This document shows positions 16,754 to 25,358 of a stretch of DNA of 49,279 nt, one piece after another. The notes beneath the pieces are model-generated. The model did no database searches. It was not told the DNA's origin and saw only the letters and a list, made by a program, of their open reading frames with translations. The DNA comes from Desulfurococcales archaeon (GTDB taxonomy: Archaea > Thermoproteota > Thermoprotei_A > Sulfolobales > NBVN01), in NCBI GenBank assembly GCA_027023255.1, contig JALVVU010000066.1:1-49279 (forward strand), given 5' to 3'. Positions within the stretch are counted from its first letter, which is position 1; each line of letters opens with the position of its first letter. Made by a program: the position numbers and the translations under genes.

Positions 16754-17584
16754 TTAAGCAAACAGGTGTTCGTACTTAGGTTTTAGTGAGCAGCAGGCTT
16801 TAATCACCTGCAAATCGTACTCCCTGACCAATGCTGGCTTAGGTACGGCTATTCGATCCACTAAACACTCACGTAACCATACCTCGTCTAGGGCTTTGAA
16901 CCTCGGTGACCTCATACACCCTAACGCGACTTCCCTGAAACTCACACGTGCTAGCCTCAACGCGTCCCTAACTCTTCCCTCATCATTATTCGTTCCCCTA
17001 ATCTCAACCAACACCACGAACACGTAAGGGTCTAGCTCCGCTATCGCCTTAATCATCCTTTGTTCCTCCTCAGGCGTTGCATATGCTGAGTCCAGTATGA
17101 GGTGTGGAGCTATGAAGTCCTTGCCGTAGGTATCGCGGATATACGCAGCAAACTCAAGGTAGTCGTTGACGCTATGGTGTCCTAACCCCTTAACATGTTT
17201 CAGGTAGCCATTGCTGGGAGGCACCTCAAAATCAATAACGTCTACACCAGCAGACCAAACACTATGGAGTAGGTCGCGAGGAGCTAAGCCTAGGTGTATG
17301 GAGAAAACCGCTTCGTGATCTCTTAAGAAGTTCTTGACAACCTTAAGGTGTTCGTTCCTTATCAGGAGGTACCCGTCTTTGCTGTACCCGCCGCTTAGGA
17401 GGTATCCCCTAACACCTTGCCTGTACAGTTCATTGAGCACTAGCCTCAGCTTTTCTGGGTCACTGACGTCCACCATCCCCTTTAGGTACGCGGCATTACA
17501 TCCTTTGCATGAGAGGTAGCATACAGTACCTGACACGCTTAAGGGGACGTACTTACTGCCTGGGTAGTATGCTTTAGCAGTCAC
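16754..17584 (-). CDS. Radical SAM protein, biotin-synthase homolog (COG1856-like); second candidate LipS-type subunit
   Basis: CYLSCKGC CxxxCxxC motif (nt 17498-17521). It is convergent with the HAD gene, with the stops 1 nt apart. Confidence 0.65.
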   Translation of the reverse strand: MTAKAYYPGSKYVPLSVSGTVCYLSCKGCNAAYLKGMVDVSDPEKLRLVLNELYRQGVRGYLLSGGYSKDGYLLIRNEHLKVVKNFLRDHEAVFSIHLGLAPRDLLHSVWSAGVDVIDFEVPPSNGYLKHVKGLGHHSVNDYLEFAAYIRDTYGKDFIAPHLILDSAYATPEEEQRMIKAIAELDPYVFVVLVEIRGTNNDEGRVRDALRLARVSFREVALGCMRSPRFKALDEVWLRECLVDRIAVPKPALVREYDLQVIKACCSLKPKYEHLFA

Positions 17585-17588
17585 TGCG

Positions 17589-18218
17589 CTAGCCTTGCAC
17601 CACCTTATTTTCCTCAGCCCACTTAATCCCCGCCTTATACGCCGCCACCGAGGTTTCTCCTCTTCTCCCAGGCAGGAGCGTTAGTATGGCATTAATCACT
17701 GCGTCATCGCTGAGGATCCCGAATATCCTGTTGAACACGCCGAGCATGACCATATTCGCTGCTCTCGGGTTGCTGACATCGTAGGCTATCTTCCTGGCAG
17801 GCACTATCACTGCTTCGGGGTCAACGCTGGTTAAAGCACCCACTAATTCATCCTTGCTCGGCATTCTTGCCGTGCCTATGCTTGCCGTGATGGGCGGCTT
17901 CACGGTGTCGGCTACTAGGATCTTGCCGCCTTCACTCAGATAGCGTAGGTTGCGGACACTCTCGGTGAGTTCAAGACCCACCATGACGTGCGCCATCCCC
18001 TCAGAGAACGTGGGGGACATGACGGCGTTCTGCGGACCCATGCGCACGAAGCTAGTGACGGAACCAAATCTTTGGGACATCCCTAAGGTCTCCCCGGTCC
18101 TCACAGAGAGGCCTTCACTAACCGCAGCTATAGCTATCGTCCTAGATAGCGTTAGTCCGCCTTGCCCCCCAACCGAAGCTATGAGGATATTGAATACTTC
18201 CTTAATCCCCCTGCTCAT
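17589..18218 (-). CDS. iorB: Indolepyruvate:ferredoxin oxidoreductase, beta subunit
   Basis: NILIASVGGQGG... follows the POR-gamma/IorB pattern. ATG 18218 overlaps the iorA stop as ATGA and is preceded by GGAGGTGAGG. Confidence 0.9.
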   Translation of the reverse strand: MSRGIKEVFNILIASVGGQGGLTLSRTIAIAAVSEGLSVRTGETLGMSQRFGSVTSFVRMGPQNAVMSPTFSEGMAHVMVGLELTESVRNLRYLSEGGKILVADTVKPPITASIGTARMPSKDELVGALTSVDPEAVIVPARKIAYDVSNPRAANMVMLGVFNRIFGILSDDAVINAILTLLPGRRGETSVAAYKAGIKWAEENKVVQG

Positions 18219-20119
18219 TCGTGCCTCACCTCCTTTATCGCGTCTCGCGGGCAGAAGTAAGCGCAGAGCCCGCAACCCGTGCAGTCCTCCTCAATGATGG
18301 CTGCCTTACCGTTCTCATCAACGTACATCGCAGGGCACCCGGTGCCCCTAATACATGCCATGCACCCTATGCATGCCTCGGGATCAACCCTATAGACCGC
18401 CTTAACACCCTCTGCCCTAACCTTCATTAAGGCACATGGTGCGCGCGCTATTATGACGTTCACGCCCGGCTTCCTCAGGTACTGAGCTACTACGTTAGCC
18501 ATGTCGTCAACGTCGAATGGGTCGATTACCGCTAAGTTATCCACGCCTAACGCCTTGACGACGTCCTCCAGTAAGACAGGCTTAGCTTTCCTGCCCGTCT
18601 CGGTCACGCTCCATGATGGCGTTGATTGATGTCCCGTCATCGCAACCACGGTGTTATCGAGTATTATGACGAGCATGTTAATCCTCTTGTGCACAGCCTC
18701 CAGTAAGGCGGGTATTCCTGAGTGGAAGAACGTTGAGTCGCCTATCGTGGCGATCACCGGTTTGTCATTCCCGCCTAACTTCATGCCTGCCGCCATGCTT
18801 ATGCTTGCACCCATGCTATGCTCGGTCCATATGGCGTTTAGCGGCGGCTCAACGCTTAAAGCGTAACATCCTATGTCTCCGAATATTGGTACCTCGTCCC
18901 TCCTGAAGCCCGCCTTACTTATGCCTTTAAGTATGGCGATATAGGACGCGCGGTGAGGGCACCCAGGACACAGTGGTGGGGGTCTCGGAGGTAGTGCTGG
19001 GGTTTCACGGCTGACCTGCAGGGTCCTAGGGAGTGGGACACCAATCACGCGCGATAACGCTTTAGCTACCATGAGTACGTTTAACTCTCCCTCCATAGGC
19101 AGTAACGAGTCGTGCTTACCGTGAATATCAATGCTGATACCTTCATCATAGAGCAACGTCTTCACGGTTTCCTCCAGGTACGGGTCGAGTTCCTCAACCA
19201 CCACTACTTTCCCGCATCCGCGTAAACCTTTCTTCAAGAATTCCTTAGGCGGTGGGTAGAGTTGCCCTACCTTGAGGACACGCACACCCTCCTTCACACC
19301 TAGGAGGTTTAGGGCTTCGGTAACGTAATTGTACGTGACTCCCTCCGTAACCACGCAGACGTCTCCGTCACCATGTACCTCGTTAATGCTTATCCCCAAC
19401 TCGTTAAGGATGCCTTCAACCTTCTCTAACTGCTTGTTTAGCCACTTGTGGCGCTCCAAGTTCCACCTCATACCAGCCCGCACGAATCGCGGCGGGTCCC
19501 TCTTGAATCCCTTGAACTTCCTAGGTTGCTCTGTGGCGCCTAGCACTACATCGCCCACTGTGTGGTTAACTCGCGTCGTTGTCCTGAGAATTACTGGTAG
19601 CTGGAGCCTCTCGCTCAGCATCACCGCTACCTTAACGTAGTCCTTAGCTTCCTGCGGGTTTGAGGGCGTTATCGTTGGTAGTTTAGCGAGTTTCGAGAAC
19701 CATCTGTCATCCTGCTCTGTCTGCGTTGTTATGGGGCCCGGATCATCCGCGACAAGCATTACTAGGGCTCCATTAACACCGCAGTATGCCGCGGAGAGTA
19801 TTGGGTCGGATGCTATGTTGACGCCCGGTGCCTTCATGGTGGCTAAGGACCTCGCACCACCTATCGAGGCACCTAGCGCCAGTTCAAACGCTACCTTCTC
19901 GTTGACAGCCCACTCAACATACATGTCTAAGTCCTTACCAAATCTCTGGAGCGTCATGATGACTTCGCTGGAAGGGGTGCCTGGGTACCCCGTAACTACG
20001 TAAATACCTGACTCAACCGCTCCGCGGGCTATGGCTTCATTACCCATGAGCGCTAACCTAGTTCCTGCGGGGGCTTTCAAGGGGTTAATTCTTTCAGGCA
20101 AGTCCCTCACCCCAGCCAC
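18215..20119 (-). CDS. iorA: Indolepyruvate:ferredoxin oxidoreductase, alpha subunit
   Basis: 634 aa with TPP-binding regions and two C-terminal 4Fe-4S motifs (CIGCMACIRGTGCP, CTGCGLCAYFCP). Confidence 0.92.
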   Translation of the reverse strand: MAGVRDLPERINPLKAPAGTRLALMGNEAIARGAVESGIYVVTGYPGTPSSEVIMTLQRFGKDLDMYVEWAVNEKVAFELALGASIGGARSLATMKAPGVNIASDPILSAAYCGVNGALVMLVADDPGPITTQTEQDDRWFSKLAKLPTITPSNPQEAKDYVKVAVMLSERLQLPVILRTTTRVNHTVGDVVLGATEQPRKFKGFKRDPPRFVRAGMRWNLERHKWLNKQLEKVEGILNELGISINEVHGDGDVCVVTEGVTYNYVTEALNLLGVKEGVRVLKVGQLYPPPKEFLKKGLRGCGKVVVVEELDPYLEETVKTLLYDEGISIDIHGKHDSLLPMEGELNVLMVAKALSRVIGVPLPRTLQVSRETPALPPRPPPLCPGCPHRASYIAILKGISKAGFRRDEVPIFGDIGCYALSVEPPLNAIWTEHSMGASISMAAGMKLGGNDKPVIATIGDSTFFHSGIPALLEAVHKRINMLVIILDNTVVAMTGHQSTPSWSVTETGRKAKPVLLEDVVKALGVDNLAVIDPFDVDDMANVVAQYLRKPGVNVIIARAPCALMKVRAEGVKAVYRVDPEACIGCMACIRGTGCPAMYVDENGKAAIIEEDCTGCGLCAYFCPRDAIKEVRHE

Positions 20120-20132
20120 TAAAGGATATTCA

Positions 20133-21521
20133 TCAGCTACTATTATGGGTGATCCTTAATCTGAGGTACTTACCCCTATTCACTAAGGCCGATACGGCCT
20201 TAGCAGCATTCCTGGCTGAAGTAACTGCGGGAAGTAAGCTCGAAACCTTCATGGTGACCTCATGGCTTCCCTCACCGTCGAAGTACGCTATGACAGGGAG
20301 TGAGAACTCATCGACATGTTCCCTCAATGCCTTAGCCATCTCCTCCGGCCCTTCAGCAGCTGTAGGTACGTACACGAACAACGCAACATCAAAGTATCTA
20401 CTTAGGTCGCCTAGCGTCAATGCCTTAGCTACTTGCTCCGCACTCGCGTCACCACCGAAGTCAACGGGGTTTCTACCAGTGAATGACTTCCCAGCCTGCC
20501 GGGTTAAGACCTCAGCGAGCTTTGGAGGTATTGGCGGTAAGTCTAAGCCGTGTTCCTCAATATGGGATGCTGTCACCACACCCAACCCGCCAGAATTAGT
20601 TACTATTAGCACTCTTGACCCGTTAAGATGCTCCACACGCCTTAGCGCCTCCTCAACTTCAACTAAGTCTGACACATCATCGGCTAGGTACGCGCCTATC
20701 TTACGCACCGCTTCCTTGAATATCACGTAACTACCTGCTAGCCCGCCGGTATGGGATCTCACGGCTTCACTGCTTCTCTCGCCCCTACCTCCCTTAAGGA
20801 TGCATAGGGGTTTAACGGCCGCTAACTTCGAGCCTTTCTCCAGGAACGCCTTACCGTCACGTACCCACTCCACGTAAGCTATTAGTGAATCGGTTGCGTC
20901 ATCCTCAAGTGCGTACTCAAATACGTCACTTATTTCAACGTCAGCCATGTTTCCGAGGCTCATGAAGAAGGAAATACCTGATGAGAGTTCCTTGAGGCGT
21001 GAAATCACCACCCCACCCATGGCTCCACTCTGCATTGCTAAGCCTACGCGCCCAGGGGTGGGTGGGGCCTCAATGCTCGCATGAAGTTTAACAGCCGAGA
21101 TGGTGATACCGGCCGAGTTGGGCCCGAGAACCCTCATTTGCCGTGCTGAGTTCATTGTCTCCCTTAACCTTCTTTCAGCTTCCTCGTTACCGGCTTCCTT
21201 GAACCCCGACGTTATGATTACTGTGAGACCCACACCGATTTCTGAAGCTTCCGCTACTACCGCAGGAACGGTCTTGGTCGGGACAGCAACTACTGCGATA
21301 TCTGGAACTTCAGGTAGATCCCTGAGTGAGGGATACGTCCTTAAGCCAAGTATGTCTTTGTATTTGGGATTCACTGGGTATACCCTTCCCTCGAACCCGT
21401 AGGAAAGTATGTTTTGGAGGATCGTGTTGCCAACTTTACCGGGCTTGGGGGAAGCCCCGACAACGGCGACTGAATCAATATTTCTTAAGATATCTGAGAG
21501 CTTACGCTTCGTGGCATCCAC
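20133..21521 (-). CDS. acdA: ADP-forming acyl/acetyl-CoA synthetase, alpha subunit
   Basis: CoA-binding N-terminus (VAVVGASPKPGKVG) and a phosphohistidine loop (SHTGGLAGS). Its start is 13 nt downstream of the iorA stop on the same strand. Confidence 0.88.
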   Translation of the reverse strand: MDATKRKLSDILRNIDSVAVVGASPKPGKVGNTILQNILSYGFEGRVYPVNPKYKDILGLRTYPSLRDLPEVPDIAVVAVPTKTVPAVVAEASEIGVGLTVIITSGFKEAGNEEAERRLRETMNSARQMRVLGPNSAGITISAVKLHASIEAPPTPGRVGLAMQSGAMGGVVISRLKELSSGISFFMSLGNMADVEISDVFEYALEDDATDSLIAYVEWVRDGKAFLEKGSKLAAVKPLCILKGGRGERSSEAVRSHTGGLAGSYVIFKEAVRKIGAYLADDVSDLVEVEEALRRVEHLNGSRVLIVTNSGGLGVVTASHIEEHGLDLPPIPPKLAEVLTRQAGKSFTGRNPVDFGGDASAEQVAKALTLGDLSRYFDVALFVYVPTAAEGPEEMAKALREHVDEFSLPVIAYFDGEGSHEVTMKVSSLLPAVTSARNAAKAVSALVNRGKYLRLRITHNSS

Positions 21522-21576
21522 CCTGAATTTTTCATCTGTCGGGAAATTAAGTCGTTATCCTTCATGTGGGAAGAAG

Positions 21577-21583
21577 TTTATAA
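21577..21583 (+). promoter_or_regulatory. TATA-like box for the PRTase gene
   Basis: TTTATAA ends 30 nt upstream of ATG 21613, consistent with a very short or absent leader. Confidence 0.3.
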
Positions 21584-21612
21584 CTCAGATGTAAGCCTAG
21601 AATGTGGGAAGG

Positions 21613-22212
21613 ATGGAGTTACTGGTAGCGACTTGGGAGGACATTCACGTAGGTTCGTTAAAACTTGCTTTGATGTCCCTTCAAGACGGGTACATGCCTG
21701 ATGTAATTGTTGGCGTGCTACGCGGTGGCTACATAGTCGCTAGGATAGTTGCTGATGCCTTAGGAGTAAGTGACATAGGGGTTGTTGAGGTTAAATTCTA
21801 TAGGGGGATAGGGGAGCAGGCGGAGAGGCCTGTCATAACTCAGCCACTAACGACCGAGATCCGGGGGCGGAGGGTACTCATCGTAGATGATGTCGTTGAT
21901 TCGGGGAGAACCCTTGAAGTCGTGAGTGAGCAGGTTCGCTTGAGGGGCGCGTCCGAGGTGAGGACAGCTGCCCTGTATTACAAGCCAAGGTCGATCATAA
22001 AGCCCGACTACCTTGTTGTTGAGACAGATAAGTGGATTCTCTTCCCTTGGGAGTTAGGTGAGTTCGTGAGGGAGTTAATGCCTGCTAAGGGGTTAGAGAT
22101 GACTAAGGAGAACATCAAGGAGTTCTTGGGTAGCTTGGGTGTGGAGGCCAGTGATGATGTAATAACTAGGCTCGCCGAGTCCATAAAGCTCTGTAATATG
22201 TTAAGGAAGTGA
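21613..22212 (+). CDS. Purine phosphoribosyltransferase (xanthine/hypoxanthine-guanine type)
   Basis: PRPP-binding loop RVLIVDDVVDSGRTL, plus a roughly 50-aa C-terminal extension. Confidence 0.8.
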   Translation: MELLVATWEDIHVGSLKLALMSLQDGYMPDVIVGVLRGGYIVARIVADALGVSDIGVVEVKFYRGIGEQAERPVITQPLTTEIRGRRVLIVDDVVDSGRTLEVVSEQVRLRGASEVRTAALYYKPRSIIKPDYLVVETDKWILFPWELGEFVRELMPAKGLEMTKENIKEFLGSLGVEASDDVITRLAESIKLCNMLRK

Positions 22213-22252
22213 AGCTGCTTCGCATGACTGGTTGACAAAATTCTCCTCTCTT

Positions 22253-23404
22253 TCAATCCTTAACTATTTCACCAGGTTCAAGGACGGAGAGTTCCGGTAC
22301 CTTAGAGCCTACGGGCACGGTGCACCCTATCTTGTACCATTCCTTCCTACGCTTCACGACCTTTATTGCCTTGATACCGACCTCCTCGGGCTTCGTGATT
22401 AGCTTCGTCAGTGCTCCGGGCCCGACGGTTGCGCCGTCGCCAACGACGCTGTACCCCAGGAACGTGTTTCGACCTATGGTTGCTCCTCTCCCGATTAACG
22501 ACCAGACAACCTCACTGTAGCTGCTGACCACCGCCCCTGCCTCCACATCCGTGTAGGGTCTAATGAACGTGTGTGCCCCTATGAGGGCACCTCGACCTAT
22601 GTAGGCTGGTCCCCTTATGACGGCGTAGTGATCTATCATGACATCATCCTCGATTATCACCGGCCCCTCAATTACTGCTGTTGACGCTATCTTGGCGGAC
22701 GACGCTACCCTCATGGTTTTCCAACCCATCATTACGTAGTATATTGCTTCGAGGAGGTTTATCGGGTAACCCACATCGACCCACCAGTCACTCCATAAGG
22801 CGGTCTTCACCGCGTTTCCTGACGCAACGTACCCGTTTATTGCGGATTCTATGCTTTCGTCCCGCTCTATGAGGTCCACTAATTCCTTGTTCAGAACGGC
22901 AATACCTCCGAATGCGTAGGCACCCTCTATCCTCTCACGCGGTGCTTCTTTGAAGTGCTTAATGAATCCTCGACTGTCAACGAAGACCGCACCGTAGAAC
23001 CTCACGTCTTCCTCAGGAACCACCATGAGTGTGGGGACCCCGTACTCGGTCGCTGCTACGTAGGTCATCTCGTATGCTTCAGCACTTACTAGGGTGTCAC
23101 CATACACGAGTAGCGCCCCATTACTTAACTCATCCTTAGCCTCCAGCATCGCACCAATTATCCCTCCTGAACTCTGCTTCCTCACCTCAAATTCCAGTAG
23201 TCTCCCAAAACGCACGGTTATGTCTTCAAACTCTGATGGCTTATCCGTTACTAGCGTGACTTTCTTTGCACCAATGCTAACTAAGTTCCTGAGCACCCTC
23301 TCAATCACTGCCTCGCCGCAGACCTTAAGCAACACCTTGGGTTTACCGCCGGTTAGAGGTATTAACCCCTTCCCCGACCCACCGGCTAGTACTACAGCCC
23401 TCAT
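22253..23404 (-). CDS. Sugar-1-phosphate nucleotidyltransferase with left-handed beta-helix acetyltransferase domain (GlmU/ST0452-like)
   Basis: MRAVVLAGGSGKGL N-terminus and C-terminal hexapeptide repeats. ATG 23404 is preceded by GGAGGTG and lies 13 nt after the glmS stop. Confidence 0.8.
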   Translation of the reverse strand: MRAVVLAGGSGKGLIPLTGGKPKVLLKVCGEAVIERVLRNLVSIGAKKVTLVTDKPSEFEDITVRFGRLLEFEVRKQSSGGIIGAMLEAKDELSNGALLVYGDTLVSAEAYEMTYVAATEYGVPTLMVVPEEDVRFYGAVFVDSRGFIKHFKEAPRERIEGAYAFGGIAVLNKELVDLIERDESIESAINGYVASGNAVKTALWSDWWVDVGYPINLLEAIYYVMMGWKTMRVASSAKIASTAVIEGPVIIEDDVMIDHYAVIRGPAYIGRGALIGAHTFIRPYTDVEAGAVVSSYSEVVWSLIGRGATIGRNTFLGYSVVGDGATVGPGALTKLITKPEEVGIKAIKVVKRRKEWYKIGCTVPVGSKVPELSVLEPGEIVKD

Positions 23405-23417
23405 AATTAGGCACCTC

Positions 23418-25280
23418 CTAAACAACCGTCACGGTCTTCGCTAAGTTCCTGGGTTTGTCCGGGTCGTGACCCTTACGTACGGCCGTGTAGTACGCTATTA
23501 ACTGGTAAGGTATGATGTACGCAACTACTGCGGCCACCTCGGGAAGGTCAGGCATCTTGAAGGCGACGTCAACAGCTCTCAGCACCTCCTTAAGTGACTC
23601 GGGAGCTACGGCTAGGGTCCATGCTAACCTAGCCTTCATTTCCTCTATGTTGCTCCTGATCATCCCTCCGTCATCCCTGCCGACGGCCGTGAAGAGTACC
23701 GGGAAGTTCTCCTCAACTAGCGCTATCGGGCCGTGTTTGGATTCCCCGGCTGGGTAGGCCTCAGCGTGAACGTAGGCTATTTCCTTAAGTTTCAGCGCTC
23801 CCTCCATGGCTATCGGGAGCGAGTACCCTCTGCCAAGGTAGAAGGCATTCGTCCGTTCAGCCATTCTCCTCGCTACAGCCCTAGCTTTAGCTTCATGCAT
23901 CGCTATGATTGTGGCCGCCGTATCAGGCACCTTCCTTAACGCTGCTACGTACTCGCTGGCTTCGCGGGCGCTTATCGCGCCAACACGTTCAGCGACCTTA
24001 ACCGCGAGGTAGGAAAGAACCGCCACCTGCGTTGTGAACGTCTTTGTCGCCGCCACCCCTATCTCGGGTCCTGCCCTGGTGTAGATGGTCATGTGTGACT
24101 CGCGAGGTATTGCTGAGTCCACAACGTTGGATAACGCTATTGTTAGGGCACCTGCGGCTTTAGCCTCTCTCACCGCTAGTAGTGTATCTATGGTCTCGCC
24201 TGATTGACTCACAGCTATTACTACGTCACCCTCTCCTAAGGACCTGAGGTGCCACCTCGCCTCGGACGATATTATCGCTACGGATCTCTTTCTAGCTAAG
24301 TTACTCATTAGCAGGGAACCTAAGTATGAGGCGTGGAAAGAGGTTCCTGCTCCCACAATCACCACGGATTCTGCCTTGCTTAAGGCCTTAACCACGTCCG
24401 TAACTTGATCCTCTATGCCGGCGAGGGTTGAGGCCAGGGCATTTGGTTGTTCGTGGATTTCCTTAAGCATGAAGTGAGGGTAGCCGCCTTTCATTGCCAT
24501 CTCAGCGGTCCACTCAACGACCCTAACCCTGCCCGTTAGGTTGATTGGTGCCCACAACGCTTCACTATTCCCTGCCTTAGGGCGATACTCTACAACCACG
24601 TTGTCAGCGGTTAAGTAACCTACCTCCCCATCCCTCAGTACTATGACCTTACGCGTGAATTCAAGGAAGGCCGGTATGTCGCTGGCTAGGAAGTTCGCGC
24701 CGTTGCCTAACCCCACCACTAAGGGTGATGTGCTTCTGGCGAAGTATATCCTGTCTGGGGTGCTGACGTCTATCACTGCTAAGGCGTACGCCCCCTTGAG
24801 GCGGGAGACGGTCTTCTTGAAGGCTTCGTAGGGGCTCGCACCTTGCCTCTTGAACTCCTCCATTAGGTGAGGTATTACCTCGGTGTCCGTGCCGGAGATG
24901 AAGCGGTGACCCAGTCTGGTTAACTCGGCTCTTATCTCCTCGTAATTCTCTATTATACCGTTATGAACTACGGCTATGGTACCGCCACAATCTACGTGGG
25001 GATGGGCGTTCACGTCACTAGGCTTCCCATGTGTTGCCCATCGCGTGTGACCTATCCCAACAAACCCGTCGAAGCTGTCGAACCCTAACTTAGCCGATAC
25101 GTTATCTATCATGCCTCTGGACTTACGCACAATGAGTCTGCCGTCACGAGTCAGTATCGCGAACCCCACTGAGTCGTAGCCTCGGTACTCAAGCTTCTTC
25201 AGCGACTCCCTTATCACTCTCCCGAGCGGCTTCCGCAATACACCCTCCTTAGCGACGATCCCGACTATGCCGCATGCCAA
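23418..25280 (-). CDS. glmS: Glutamine-fructose-6-phosphate aminotransferase
   Basis: (M)ACGIVGIV..., RWATHG, two SIS domains and a KPRNLAKTVTV C-terminus. The only possible start is TTG 25280. Confidence 0.95.
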   Translation of the reverse strand: MACGIVGIVAKEGVLRKPLGRVIRESLKKLEYRGYDSVGFAILTRDGRLIVRKSRGMIDNVSAKLGFDSFDGFVGIGHTRWATHGKPSDVNAHPHVDCGGTIAVVHNGIIENYEEIRAELTRLGHRFISGTDTEVIPHLMEEFKRQGASPYEAFKKTVSRLKGAYALAVIDVSTPDRIYFARSTSPLVVGLGNGANFLASDIPAFLEFTRKVIVLRDGEVGYLTADNVVVEYRPKAGNSEALWAPINLTGRVRVVEWTAEMAMKGGYPHFMLKEIHEQPNALASTLAGIEDQVTDVVKALSKAESVVIVGAGTSFHASYLGSLLMSNLARKRSVAIISSEARWHLRSLGEGDVVIAVSQSGETIDTLLAVREAKAAGALTIALSNVVDSAIPRESHMTIYTRAGPEIGVAATKTFTTQVAVLSYLAVKVAERVGAISAREASEYVAALRKVPDTAATIIAMHEAKARAVARRMAERTNAFYLGRGYSLPIAMEGALKLKEIAYVHAEAYPAGESKHGPIALVEENFPVLFTAVGRDDGGMIRSNIEEMKARLAWTLAVAPESLKEVLRAVDVAFKMPDLPEVAAVVAYIIPYQLIAYYTAVRKGHDPDKPRNLAKTVTVV

Positions 25281-25308
25281 GTATTATCCCTCCTGAGACC
25301 TAGGTAAG

Positions 25309-25337
25309 TAATGTTGGTGAGAAACATTAACGTTTCT
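25309..25337 (-). promoter_or_regulatory. Two overlapping, mutually exclusive hairpins in the herA-glmS spacer
   Basis: Stem A pairs 25309-25315 with 25323-25329 (7 bp). Stem B pairs 25320-25325 with 25332-25337 (6 bp). Both were read directly; function is unknown. Confidence 0.3.
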
Positions 25338-25358
25338 GAGACGTGGTTCCTTGCAGCA

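Noticed and set aside
20149-20730. 193-aa plus-strand ORF antisense to acdA, and similar nested ORFs opposite iorA, glmS, herA and pheST
   Set aside because: Each is wholly nested opposite a gene with an unmistakable homology pattern, and the translations are Ser/Pro/Thr-rich with no motifs.
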